A stretch of DNA of 64,000 nucleotides, taken from positions 93,498,001 to 93,562,000 of the forward strand of contig NC_087437.1 of the NCBI RefSeq assembly GCF_036321535.1, given 5' to 3'. The notes beneath the pieces were generated by a model, which saw only the letters and a program-made list of their open reading frames with translations, had not been told where the DNA came from and ran no database searches. The position numbers were made by a program, and so were the translations under genes. This document shows positions 22,451 through 34,626 of the stretch, one piece after another (position 1 is the first letter of the stretch; every line of letters starts with the position of its first letter). Source of the DNA: Camelus dromedarius (taxonomy: Eukaryota).

Positions 22451-23439
22451 CATTATGGATAATTAGGTCTCTGAAGACTAACTTGTGAACCTAAGTATTA
22501 TTTATAACATTGTTTCTAAGGAAACCATTATCATCCAGTATTTAGTATCATCAATTCTCTACAGAATTCAGGAGGAATTAAACAGATTGTGGGAGGAGAT
22601 AGACCAGAGAGGAGTGATTACTAGGATACAACGTGAATTTATTTACTATTTTGGTAGTTGTTTCATATAAGATAAACGGAATTTGCATGATAATGCTGCT
22701 TTATCTTTCTTTTAGCGCTTGATAAAAAGCACTTTCTGGTAGATTATTATGTGTGATAGTCACTGCAATTCTGAATATTAGGCAAATGATACAATATTAA
22801 TCTTGTTAAAACTGAATTCCTGAGATAGTAAGGGACTTACCTGCATTTACACAGATTTACTGACATTACATAATCTCTCCTAAAAAACTCAGGTGACAAA
22901 AAACACCGATAAAACACTTTCATTACAACTTTTGAACAAGATGAAAAGATGTAGGATAGAAAATAAAGCAAATGGTGGATTTGTAGATTATTAAATATAC
23001 TTATTTGGTGTATGTTGATTGATGTCAAGCTTGATAAAGTTTTATAGTAAGAAGATCAGTCTGTCCTGTTCTACACTTTTCAATATTTATTACTAATAAA
23101 GGCCATAAAGGCATAGACGTTATGGTTATCAAACAAGCAAAGCTGAGATTGACAGCCAGTGTTCTGCATACCAGAAGCCGTAGTTAAAATCCTGACAGAC
23201 TGGAATAAGTGGTCAAATATAGCAAGATAAAATTTTACATGTGGATAAAATTCTGCATTACATTAAAAAATGCCAAGTACATTTAAAGAGGACATATTAA
23301 GTATCTTCTAGTATTTGAAGTATTTTTATGAAGAAGAGAGGTTTGATTTAGTTTCCCTAGATCTCCATGACAGAAATAGGACAGCGAACAAAAGATCGAG
23401 GTATCTGTAGCAGAACGTGAATGGATTTTTGACAGGAAA

Positions 23440-23650
23440 GGAACTAACATTTTTAGAAGCTTTGTCCATATAAGGGCTTGGTGTTCTGCCATATTATTCT
23501 ATTTAGTCTTTATAACATTGCCAAGAGGAAGGTACAATAAACCTGTACTCTGGAGAGGAAATTGGGATTATGTAGGTTAAGCTTTTGTGAAAAACCACAC
23601 ATGGAACATGAGGTAAACTCAAAACTGGGACTCAAATCTGCCTGCTTTAT
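23440..23650 (-). mobile_element. MIR SINE
   Basis: ctaacattt...gaggaaattggg...aggttaag...cacacat...ctgggactcaaa. Confidence 0.65.
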
Positions 23651-24089
23651 TTTGCAAGAAATAATTACCAAAATAATAAATTCTTTGTCAAAGGAATGAT
23701 TCATGCAGAGTCCAGAGAAAAATCCCTTATGTGGGCGACAAAACAGATTAATTTCAAGTTTTCAAATTTTCTTCTAATTGTTGGACTGATACTGTGACCC
23801 CTGTTTTTAGGGATTTTTTTTCTTTCTCAATCACATGATTATCATGGAGATTGCAATTTTGAGAATAATATGACCTGTTCCCTAGACAGAGTAAGGTGCT
23901 CCCAACCTCATGTGAGGAATTAGTCGATCAACCAAAGTTGGGGTAGGCATCAGTTTTAGATCGTCTAGGGCAATGAATACTTTCCATGAGATTTCTAAAC
24001 TTGGAGCATGTTATTTTGTCTTACAGGTTATTCAAACTACAAAAATCTAAAGCTCTGGAACTGGTAAAAGTCATATTTTCTTTCTAGTT

Positions 24090-24290
24090 AGAGAAAGCTG
24101 GCCCAGTGCAAAAGCAGAGAGAATTGGAGATGAGAAAGGGAGAGTCCCAGTGGCGTTAAAGAGACTGTTTCTGCATTTCTGGGGCTGGGCTACATTCAGT
24201 CATTGGTTCCTGACAGTTACTCCTTTGCCTTTGGCTTCAGCTTGTTTGAGTTGGATTTCTTACCACTACAATGCAGGGTCCTTAATCACT
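24090..24290 (+). mobile_element. LTR33-like ERVL LTR 3' part
   Basis: agcttgtttgagttggatttct...gtccttaat terminus. Confidence 0.55.
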
Positions 24291-26029
24291 TTGTGCCAAC
24301 AAATAAACCTTAAGATAGAAAAATAGTACAACACATTTGTAGATTAAGTCTTTGTATATATGAGTCACAATATTAATGTAAATTATAATTTAATTGTTTC
24401 ACAAAAATTGTTACCTTATGATGTGAAGCTTGATACTTATCCCACCTCAATTTTTGTCTTGTGCAAATGAGTTTTCTGTTCATGTCATTGTTTACCTTTT
24501 ATAACAAAGTTGCCTCAGTAGTAATAATATAGGGATATGGAAACTCAATTTACCGATAAGGTGTATGTGATTTGATTGTGTTGTGTGTTCATGTGTGTGT
24601 GTGTATGTAAAATCAGAATTCTAATTTTAGTTCCTTGTGCTACTCTATAAAATTAAACTTGCTTTCTATTAAAGATATAATTGCAACTGAAAGGTTTTTT
24701 AATTAGCACATTTAAAGATATACTTCCAATGTTTTACACTAGGGCCTCAACATTAACCCTGCAGTTAATGAGTTATTCTATATAAAGCTAATTAAAAATT
24801 TAGGCTTTTGATATAGCCTCTGTTCCATTTCACTCTCTGTATTTCATACCACATTCAGAATAGTGAATTAAATGATAATCAAATAGTTTGCATTCTGTCT
24901 ATAACCATTAACCTTTTAGCAAGGGTTTCTAAATAGAGCTGTGAATCAGTGGTCAGTTGTTTGATAAGAAGGCACTCTGATGGTTTTTATTAAATAATTT
25001 TCTTATAAACATTGCTCTTTAATATAAGCCTAGATTGATATTTGGGATAAATGTATTATTACAATAACTTTCCACTTGTTTCTGAAAACAAATGTTATTG
25101 TGTTACTTTGGCTGTTGATGTTTTACGTATTCGGTAAAAATGAGTTTTATGTGGATGCTGCTTTATATTAGAAAAATTAAAACAGTATCTTTTAAGTTGT
25201 AATGAAATAAAATATATTACTGTGAAAAAATTTTATAGTACAGGTATTTTCCTGAATGCCAAGAGAAGGTGGGGAAATTAATCTTGTGATTGTCTTTCAT
25301 ATACCTGAAAAACGTGGAGGAAATTACTCACTCCAGTGAAAGGTTGACATGTGCTTTTATTGTTTGTTAATTTTGGAAAAGTTATTGTGTGGCATCTAAT
25401 GTCTTAAGAAATGAAATAAAATGGCAATCATAGATGTCTGAATATGTTTATAAATATGAATATATGTGTATATAAATAACATTATTAATCAAAAAAAATA
25501 TATACTATTTTAAAAGATTTTTCAAATATGGCCTTAACAACTGTCAGCAACATATGTATTTCTTTTGGTGATAACACCTCTTTTTCTTGGGGGTTATACT
25601 CTTTTCTAATTATTTAACTTCTTTTAGCATTGGGGACGTGAGGATGAAAATTGACATATTAATAAGCAAAACAAAATCTAAACTAATCCAACTTTTTCTC
25701 TTTAGGATAAGAATCTCAAGTAGAACATATTCAAATTTAAAGAATTTTAAAATAAGCACTTCTTTTTAAAAAATTGAAAATCTGTATTTTGAAGATCTGA
25801 TTGTATTCAGATTTTCCTACAATTCTGTGAACTGTCCAGTGACACTGAATATAATCTTTTTTCATCTCTGTATCTACTTACCTATCTATGCTTAAGTGTA
25901 ATCTATGTCTATGACATATTAACAATTTTTAAATTAATAAAAACATTAGAAGAGTGTATTTCAAATTCTAAAACCAGGTAATTTAGGGGTATTTTAATTG
26001 TGTTTTGCTATAGACTGAATGTGTTTCAG

Positions 26030-27620
26030 TAATAGTTTCATTATTTTGCATGTGACTATCCAGTTTTCCCAGCACCTTTTATTGGAGAAACTGTCTTTTC
26101 TCCATTGAGTATTCTTGGCTTGCCTGTCAATATTAGTTGACCAGGCATGCCTGGGTTTATTTCTGGCTCTCAATTCTGTTTTTGTACCTGTATAATTCTG
26201 TTTTCATTCCTGTAGCTTTGTAATATAGTTTGATATCAGGATGTGTGATGCCTCCAACTTTGTTTTCCTTTCTCCAGACTGCTTTGGCTATTCAAAATCT
26301 TCTGTGGTTCTATACACCTTTTAGCAATTCTTCTATTTTTCTGTAAGCCATGCCATTAGAATCTTGATAAGCATTGCATTGAATCTATAGATAGCTTTGG
26401 GTAGTATGGACATTTTAACAATATTAGGTCTTCCAACCTAAAAACATAGTATATATTACGTTTATTTGTGTCTTTTTTGATTTCTTTCATCAAAGTCTTA
26501 TAGTTTTCGGTGTAGAGATCTTTCACGACCTTGGTTAAATTTATTACTAAGAATTTTATTTTTTTATGCTTTTATAAATAGAATTGTTTACTTTTTTCAG
26601 ATAATTCATTATTAGTATATAGAAATACTACTGATTTTTGGATGTTGATTTTTGTATCCTGCAACTTTACTGGATTTGTTAATTAAGATCTAACAGTTTA
26701 TTGATAGAGTCTTTAGGATTTTCTATATATTAAATCATGTCAATTGCAAAGAGAAAAAAAAAACCCTATCTTTTCTAATTATGATGACCTTTATTTCTCT
26801 TCTTGCCTGATTGTTTTAGTTGGGACTTCCAATCCTATGCTGAATAGTAATACTGTGAGAGGGCACCCTTGTCTCATTCCTGATCTTAAAGGAAAAGGTT
26901 TCAACTTTACAACTGATCTGATGTTAGCTGTAGGCTTGTCATGTATGGTATTGAGGTACATTTCTTCTATACCTAATTTGTTGAGACTTTTCATCATGAA
27001 TGGGCATTGAATTTTGTAAAATGCCTTTTTTGCTCTGTTGAAATGGTTATGTACTTTTAATCTTTCATTTCGTTAATGCGATGTATTACATTTATTGATT
27101 TGAGTACATTGAACCACCTTTGCATCCCAATGATAAATCCCTCTTGATCATGGTGTATTATCCTTTGAATGTACTGTTGAATTCTGTTTGCAACTATTTT
27201 GCTGAGAACATTTGCATTTATATTCACCAAGGATATTGGTGTACAAGTTTCTTTTCTTGTAGTAACCTTGTCTTTCTTTAGTACCAGAATAATGCTGGCC
27301 TCATAAAATGTGTTTGAGAGTGTTCCCTCTTCTTCAATTTTTTTGGGAGAATTTTGTGAAGGACTGATGTTAATTCTTCTTTAAATGTTTCATAAAATTC
27401 ACCAGTGATGCCATCTGGTCCTGGGCTTTTCTTTATTGTGGGTGTTGGGGGGGTGTTGATTACTGATTCAATCTCCTTACTCCTTATTGGTCTGTTCGGA
27501 TTTTCTGTTTCTTCCTGATTCAGTTTTCCTAGGTTGGTTATCTCTAAAATTGTATCCACTTCTTCTAGGTTGTCCTGGAAGAAACCTAGGTTTTCTAGGT
27601 TGTCTATGTTGACTAGCACG
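26030..27620 (-). mobile_element. L1 ORF2 fragment (including part of the RT domain; decayed)
   Basis: ORF 26791-26997 [29 protein letters not shown] and ORF 27278-27631 LNQEETENPNRPI..KKSPGPDGITGEFY are L1 ORF2 motifs. Confidence 0.95.
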
Positions 27621-27714
27621 TCCAGTTGCACTCTTAGAAAATAACATGTTGAAGGTTTTTAGCGATGTAGTTTAGAAAAAAAAAACTTCATTATATTTAA
27701 TATACTATTCCATC

Positions 27715-27900
27715 AAAAAGGGATCAATTAAATAAATTATGGGTCATCATAAAGTAGAATTTATGTACTTGTATAAAATAATGAGGTATTTGTGTATTAA
27801 TATTTAATAATATTCTATTAATAAACATATACCATCTGCTATTAAATGAAAAAATCAAGGTTCACAACAGTGTGGCAGTATGCTACTTCTTAAGTAATAA
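27715..27900 (+). mobile_element. Old L1 (L1ME-like) 3' fragment
   Basis: attaaataaattatgg...tattaaatgaaaaaatcaagg...aacagtgtg. Confidence 0.5.
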
Positions 27901-30119
27901 GGGGGATTAGGGCATATATTTCTTGTCACTTGTGTAAATATAGACATTATCAAGAAATAAAGACAGAAAACAATAAGAATCCTTATTTTTGTATATGTGT
28001 CAGGTAGAAATGAGACAGATTTTTCATTGTATAAGAATTATATGTAAGTATACCTATTTATTCATATATAATATATACAAGTAACATATGCCCAGATAGT
28101 TGCATGTATATGCACACATATATATGATACACACATACACGCCACAAGTTTTTAATGTTAAAATATACAAACCCCTGAAAATGAAGTTTAAAAAATTTGC
28201 CTGAGTTATATAAAAATGAATCATTCACTCTTTGTCCAAATAATTACTTCTACACAAAGGTAATATCTATGTAGCCAGAATGTCATTCTCTGTGCAAGTG
28301 GTTATCTTTTAGCTTTGTTGTCTTCATCTTCCTGACCTGATGCCAGTGTTTTGCCGCTGGTTCTTGATAATGAAGAGACTGCCCTGGGCTGGAGTCCTAG
28401 ATTTGTGTATAAGGCGGAATATCGTGGACTCATTCCAGGAACCCTAAGGAAAAACCCACCTGCACAATAGGAAGCAAGGCTAAGATATCTATATTTGTGC
28501 ATTCTGAAGACCCCCATGTTTTCCCCAGCATTCAGTATGTTTTTGTGCAGATCATCAGCCGTTAAGCAATATCCGTGAGCTGGACTCTAAAGGCTTGTAG
28601 AAACAAGGACACACAGCCCTTGGTAAGAATTTATTTCTATAATAAATTACAATGCTTTTCAGTCATAAGAAATCAACACTCTCCATTTTTGCTTCAAAAA
28701 GGAGAATTATATGTATTCATTATAGGTGAAATTTGTGAAAGATGCCCAAATAATGATGTTGTCTACTGCAGCCACAATGATACATTTGACACTGAGAGAA
28801 CAGTGCCAAGTTCCACAGAAATGTCCCTTGAGCAGTATACAATGCTTGATAGCATGCTCAGCACATTATATAATTTTTTTCTTTTATGGCATACTTTATA
28901 TAAAGAAAATTTTCTATTATAGTGGGTGCTCTTCAGTGATTGCTGTCGTAACAATAATACCTGGTATAATGGACTGTGTTATAATCCACAAAACACTTCC
29001 CTTCATATTATCTCATTTGTTTCATGTAAACGTTGGTAGCATTTTAAAGAAGGCAAAGCTAAGTTATGGAATGGCTGTTTCTTGTTCAAAGCCAAAGGTA
29101 AGTATCGAGGTAGGGACAAACTTAGATCTTGTGACATCTTATTTTGTACTCTCTTTATTATATTTCTTGAGGTCTTTAAAAAAAAAAAACGTGTCCCCAA
29201 ATATTCTGAATCTCTCACTGAGGTACTAGATCTTTCACTAGGGTGGCATATACTTTAAATTGTAACTGCCAATGTTATTGTGTAAGAGAGATTTTGAAAC
29301 CTATTATATTTGGGAATAAGAGTATTAATATTTTATTTTTATTGTTATTATTTTCTTTGTAAAAGAAACACCATTCCTACCCTGTGGTAGCCTGTGACTG
29401 TAAGTACCTGAAAGCAATTTCAGTGCCCCTGGACTTACACCATCACAGAGTATGTTGTTCAGACTGCATCCCTTAGGAATTCTGGACATCCTCCCCTTGT
29501 CCGGTTTAATTATAGCCAAGTGAGTATTGACAAGGAAGGGCCCGCAGGGAACAGAGCTAGATCCTGCCTCAGAGCCATTCATGTAGTGCCTGCCTGGCTG
29601 TAAATGGTAAAAACTATGCACTAGTAATGTCTGTGTATGTCTTCTAAATGGGAATTTTTATTACAGATATATTATTTCATCCCCACCACTGTGCTTTCAT
29701 TATGATTGAAAACAGTGAACTCATGTATTAGCCTGAGATCAGTGGACTATGAGATGCCATCTACCATCCTGATAGAGACAGACACGCAAGAAGCAAACAT
29801 TCTGTGCTTTTCTGATGGTTTGGTACCTGGGTGGAATTTTGGGTCTGTCCCTTTTGTGAAAAGATTGACTCTTTCAATATTTGGGAATCAGTATACCCCC
29901 TTGGTAGTTAGTTTTTCAAAGGGATGGACTGTGAAAACATTAAAGTTATTCACATAGACACAGAAATCTGTATTATTGGGGTATGAACTGTACTCAAACA
30001 CACACAGACACACACAGACAAACACACTTCTCAGACAATTTTGCAAATAATTACAGCAATGGGACCATGTTCTGATCGGAGAAATTTAAGGAAGAGATTG
30101 TAGTAGAAACTTACAGGAA

Positions 30120-30320
30120 ATCACTTTTTACCTGTCTTCATTTATTCTGTATCTTGCTAGGATTTGAATATGATGGCTGGAACATTAGAAGCCTTCTTGG
30201 ACAACGAAGGTACTTTGAATACAAGTCAGGCACTAAAGGTGGCAGGGCAGAGAGAAGGACCAGACATCTCTGACAACAGGGCTGCAACTGCAGTCCTGCT
30301 ACCCCTGGAGAAGCAGTATC
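30120..30320 (+). mobile_element. Old MaLR LTR fragment (MLT1K/L-like)
   Basis: tgatggctggaac...gccttcttggac...aaggtggcagggcagagaga motif. Confidence 0.55.
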
Positions 30321-30911
30321 CAGCTGATGCCCGTGCTATGCCTAGTCCCTGCTGTTAGCACCTGAACATGATGCCCAAGCAACACAAGAAGGAGTGGTAC
30401 ATTTTGTTCACTCATTAGCCACCCGCTAGAATGCCATATTCTCCTTGCTGCTTTCCTAATGCCTGAGCTCAGCTGAATACTGAGACAGAAGAAAGTGTAT
30501 CAGCAGGAAATAACAGTTAAATTTAAGAGATCAGAACTAGGGTTTGAGATAAGCAAGTGGAAGATATTTCTTCCTGAACAAAACAAACAGCAAATAAAAT
30601 AAATGAATAGAATGTTGAGTGGATGCCAGACCTTTTAAGTGCAATAGTAGAAATTACAGTCTGAGGACAGGAAACGTAGGAGAGAGCAGATAGATTTTGC
30701 TGATATGACAAATGCATAAACAATAATGGCTACTTCATGACATGTGAGATTTAAACAAAGCAATGCATCAAAAGTGGCTATCATTTTACCCAGCGATTAA
30801 TAACTTTTCAGTAAATATTCTTATATATTTATAACTAAAAATGACATTAGTCATAAAATTGCTAAGATTTTCCAATTTTACATCAGTATAAACAGGAAGA
30901 AAGAGGTAATT

Positions 30912-31563
30912 TTTTAACATTTTTTATTGATTTATAATCATTTTACAATGTTGTGTCAAATTCCAGTGTTCAGCACAATTTTTCAGTCATACATGGACAT
31001 ATACACACTCATTGTCACATTTTTTTTCTCTGTGAGCTACCATAACATTTTGTGTATATTTCCCTGTGCTATACAGTATAATCTTGTTTATCTATTCTAC
31101 AATTTTGAAATCCCAGTCTATCCCTTCCCACCCTCTGACCCCCTGGCAACCACAAGTCTGTATTCTCTGTCTATGAGTCTATTTCTGTCCTGTATTTATG
31201 CTTGTTTTTGTTTGTTTGTTTTTGTTTTTGTTTTTTAGATTCCACATATGAGCGATCTCATATGGTATTTTTCTTTCTCTTTCTGGCTTACTTCACTTAG
31301 AATGACATTCTCCAAGAGCATCCATGTTGTTGCAAATGGCATTACGTTGTCAGTTTTTATGGCTGAGTAGTATTCTATTGTATAAATATACTACATCTTC
31401 TTTATCCAGTCACCTGTTGATGGACATTTAGGCTGTTTCCATGTCTTGGCTATTGTAAATAGTGCTGCTATTAACATTGGGGTGCAGGTGTCATCCTGAA
31501 GTAGATTTCCTTCTGGATACAAGCCCAGGAGTGGGATTCCTGGGTCATGTGGTAAGTCTATTC
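30912..31563 (-). mobile_element. Relatively young, 5'-truncated lineage-specific L1
   Basis: Clean L1 3' end (agattccacatatgagcgatc, ctggcttacttcacttagaatg); TSD agaaagaggtaatt (30898-30911) / agaaagagataatt (31564-31577). Confidence 0.93.
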
Positions 31564-32659
31564 AGAAAGAGATAATTATATTAATATTTTTGGCTAAATA
31601 TTAAACTTATATCATAATGAACACATTTTATGTTTCTAAGACAGAAAATATTGTTACTATGTAAATATTTATTATTTTATCCTTAAAATTTACTCTGCTT
31701 TCTTTCAGCAGCAATTCAAAAGGGGGAGAAAACTGCAATAATAGAATGGGAATATTTTCCAAAGGAAGGAAAATGAATTGAGATTTTCCTTATCTGACAG
31801 TAACATGTCCTATAACATTACTCTTAAAAATTGTGCATTTTTACATTGAAAATGATTAAAAGATCAGCTAAAATTACTAAAATATATTACCATATTATTG
31901 AACTCAATATATGACAAAGTTGGCTTTTCAAATGTGTGGAAAATGATGCTGAACTTAGTAATTATTACTAGTATAAGCCATCAATTGAAAGAAAAAAAAT
32001 GATGTGGAGGGAGAGATCCTTGTAGTGGGAATAAATATTTCAGTTTTAAAAATGAAGCAATACAATATTTGAAAACTGCTAAAGAATGTTTTTTTACATT
32101 CGGACATGTGAGAAGAGCCAAAACTCACAAGTGAAGACTCTTTGGTACCCCAAAATGAGAAGATTGCATGTAATTTTATCATGAACAAAGTCTAAGGGAA
32201 AAACAGACTGAAAAATTGTGTGGAACAAATGAACTAAAGATTAGTAGTCCTTGCTAATTACTTCAAATGAAACAGACAAGTAGCCCCTACATGTGAGCAT
32301 CCTTCCTTGGAAAGTGCTTGCCTTGAGAGTCAGAGCACAATTTGGCATCCTCCAATGAGAAAGCCTGGTACTCATCACCCTAAGAAAAGGCCTGTCCATC
32401 TACACTTCTCACACATTTTGCAGAGCTTAAGTAGCTTTTTAGTACCTCAGTACTAAATAAAGAATGATGATCATATCAACAGACCTTCCAATAAATCCCT
32501 CCATATAAAAGGCATATAACAAACCAAAAAGTTTGAGAAAATTCAGCAGCAGTGGAGAATTTTAACACATGTATAGCCAAAATCTAGCAAAAGATATATC
32601 ATTACGGGGTGGCGGGGGAGGGGGGGAGTGCTATAAAACAGTGAATTTTTTTTTAAGTA

Positions 32660-33060
32660 CAAAATTTTAGAAATTATCTAGGTTATTAAAAATAACATAC
32701 TAATAGAAAGGCTAGAAGATAAAAGGTGAGAAAAATCTTCCAGAAAATAAAACTAAAATATAAACAAATGGAAAGTAAGAGAAAATAGAGAAAAAAATAG
32801 ATACCAATTCATTAGAGCATATATCCAATTAATAGGAGCTTCTGAAAAGCACAGAGAAATGCTATTGGGAGATTATTAAATAAAAATATATAAGGAAATT
32901 TATTAACATTGAAAAGCATTAGTTTTCAGATTGCAAACCCCACTTAGTGCCTAGCCCAAACAAACCAAACACAAATATGAACATCAAATTTTATCCTTGT
33001 AAAATTTCAAAAACCTGAATGTTACAGAAGATTGTATAATGAGAGAACCAGAGCAAGCGA
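32660..33060 (+). mobile_element. Degraded L1/HAL1 ORF1 region
   Basis: A-rich; atccaattaataggag..ctgaaa, ttttcagattg, gtaaaatttcaaaa ORF1-type motifs. Confidence 0.6.
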
Positions 33061-33184
33061 TAAAGAGAGAAAGAGAAAAAGATTTCCAACATAAATCTTA
33101 TCCTTAATCATTTTTGGATCATTTGTGATGTAAAGAAAATTTACAGTTGGTCAGTGTAAAGAATTTTAAATCTTTAACTGGATT

Positions 33185-33550
33185 GTTTGTTGTTACATCA
33201 ACATTGCTCCACTCCCACACTCTCCTACGTGTCTCAAGAATGATAGATACTGTGATCTTGATCTCCCAGACTCTCCTGCTGGCAGAAATCTGGGTTAGAC
33301 ACTGCCAATGACAGGCTATGACACAACTTTTGGAAATAGGGGGCAATAGACAGATGAAAGGACAGAGAGCATGGAGCTTGCAGTGAATTCTGTGTGAACT
33401 GCCCCCAAATCCTGCAAGGAACAAATTCCTGCACCTCAGATGTCATGAAAGCCAAGAGCAGTTTTTATTTGAACTCTGCTCTCCTACTTTCTTGGTGCTG
33501 GAAAATCTAAATTACTTTCTGTTTTCCTGATAAAGCCCTATCTAGTATCC
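33185..33550 (+). mobile_element. Old ERVL-class LTR
   Basis: tcccagactctcctgct...gccaat...; ends ttctgttttcctga...ccct. Confidence 0.45.
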
Positions 33551-34617
33551 CTTCTGTGTACACAATCAATAGAAAAATTAAAGGGAAAAAAAGGAGAGAG
33601 AGTGAGAGAAAGGAGAAAGAAGAGGTTAAGTGAAAAAAAATCAAATTACTAGACAGTGTGTAATTTGTATTCAAATAGATACATAAGCCTCAAAATCTCT
33701 ACATCTAGAAACAACATAAAGAAAGGTGTGGCAGAGCACACACTCAACAATTAATATTGATTATTCCAGAGAGATGGAACTGGAATGGAGTTAAGATAAC
33801 AAAGAAATGGGATGAAGATAAAAAATAATTTTTCTTGATGCATATTTATGCTGCTTGATTTATTGCAAAGATCATGATTTGTTCCATTAATTATATAATG
33901 CAAATTCAAACATGCTTTTACAAATACGTCTTTTACAGTCCCTAGAAGGATGACACAGCTCTTGCCCCTTCCTGTGCCTCTGTCATCTTCAGTTCAATCC
34001 AGAGTTCTTTCTGATTTCAGAATTGAGTAGTGCATGCAGTTAATTGGCACAATAGCTGTGTTTCCAATGGCTTCCGTAGAAGAGAGTGATAAACTCTGGA
34101 TTAAAATAATGTCAACCATAAATATTTGGGCAGGAGCTAGTGGTGATAGCAGTAGGGTGGGAAGCAGTATTAAGTTCTTCGGTATACTTAAATTCAGCTC
34201 TCTACTTGGGAGGCTTTAAACAGTGATGGTATGAGTTTCAAAACAGCAACCACATTAACAAAACACTGTGTTTTGTTTTTTTTTTTTCTGTACACTTGCA
34301 ATGTCACATGGAGACGGCAACAAATACAAGAGCAGAAGTCAGTGTCTTGTTTATGTGTGTTGAAAAATGCTGCCATGATGCACTTCGGTGCCGTGTAGAT
34401 CAGCTTGTAAGATTCTGGAGTATTTTCAGTGTTACACACAAATAGGACATGTTAGTTGCTCTGATAAGGTTTAATCAAATTATGTCCCCGAAGGTGTATT
34501 TTTTATTAGTATGAGTGAGCATGTTGACATAAGATGTGACAGGAGCAGGAGTAGTGATGTCTCTGCCTGTGTTGCAGCGCATTATGTTCACGTCATGTTT
34601 GTGAATTTCGTTTTCAG

Positions 34618-34626
34618 ATAAGCGCG
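34618..34626 (+). other. Candidate 9-nt microexon ATAAGCGCG
   Basis: tttcgttttcag|ATAAGCGCG|gtgagt; frame-preserving; CpG-retaining, repeat-free context. Confidence 0.4.

Noticed and set aside
26040..26380. Similarity to 55990-56340 as a segmental duplication
   Set aside because: Both are independent L1 ORF2 copies
26744..27631. ORFs with RT-like motifs as a possible novel reverse-transcriptase system
   Set aside because: Ordinary frameshifted L1 ORF2 remnants
4931..28459. Single minus-strand gene joining candidates 28337-28459, 22841-22879 and 4931-5143
   Set aside because: Phases are incompatible; each pairwise join gives an early stop
28726..29229. Longest ORF in the track (167 aa)
   Set aside because: GTG start, AT-rich low-information composition, no recognisable domain; consistent with chance
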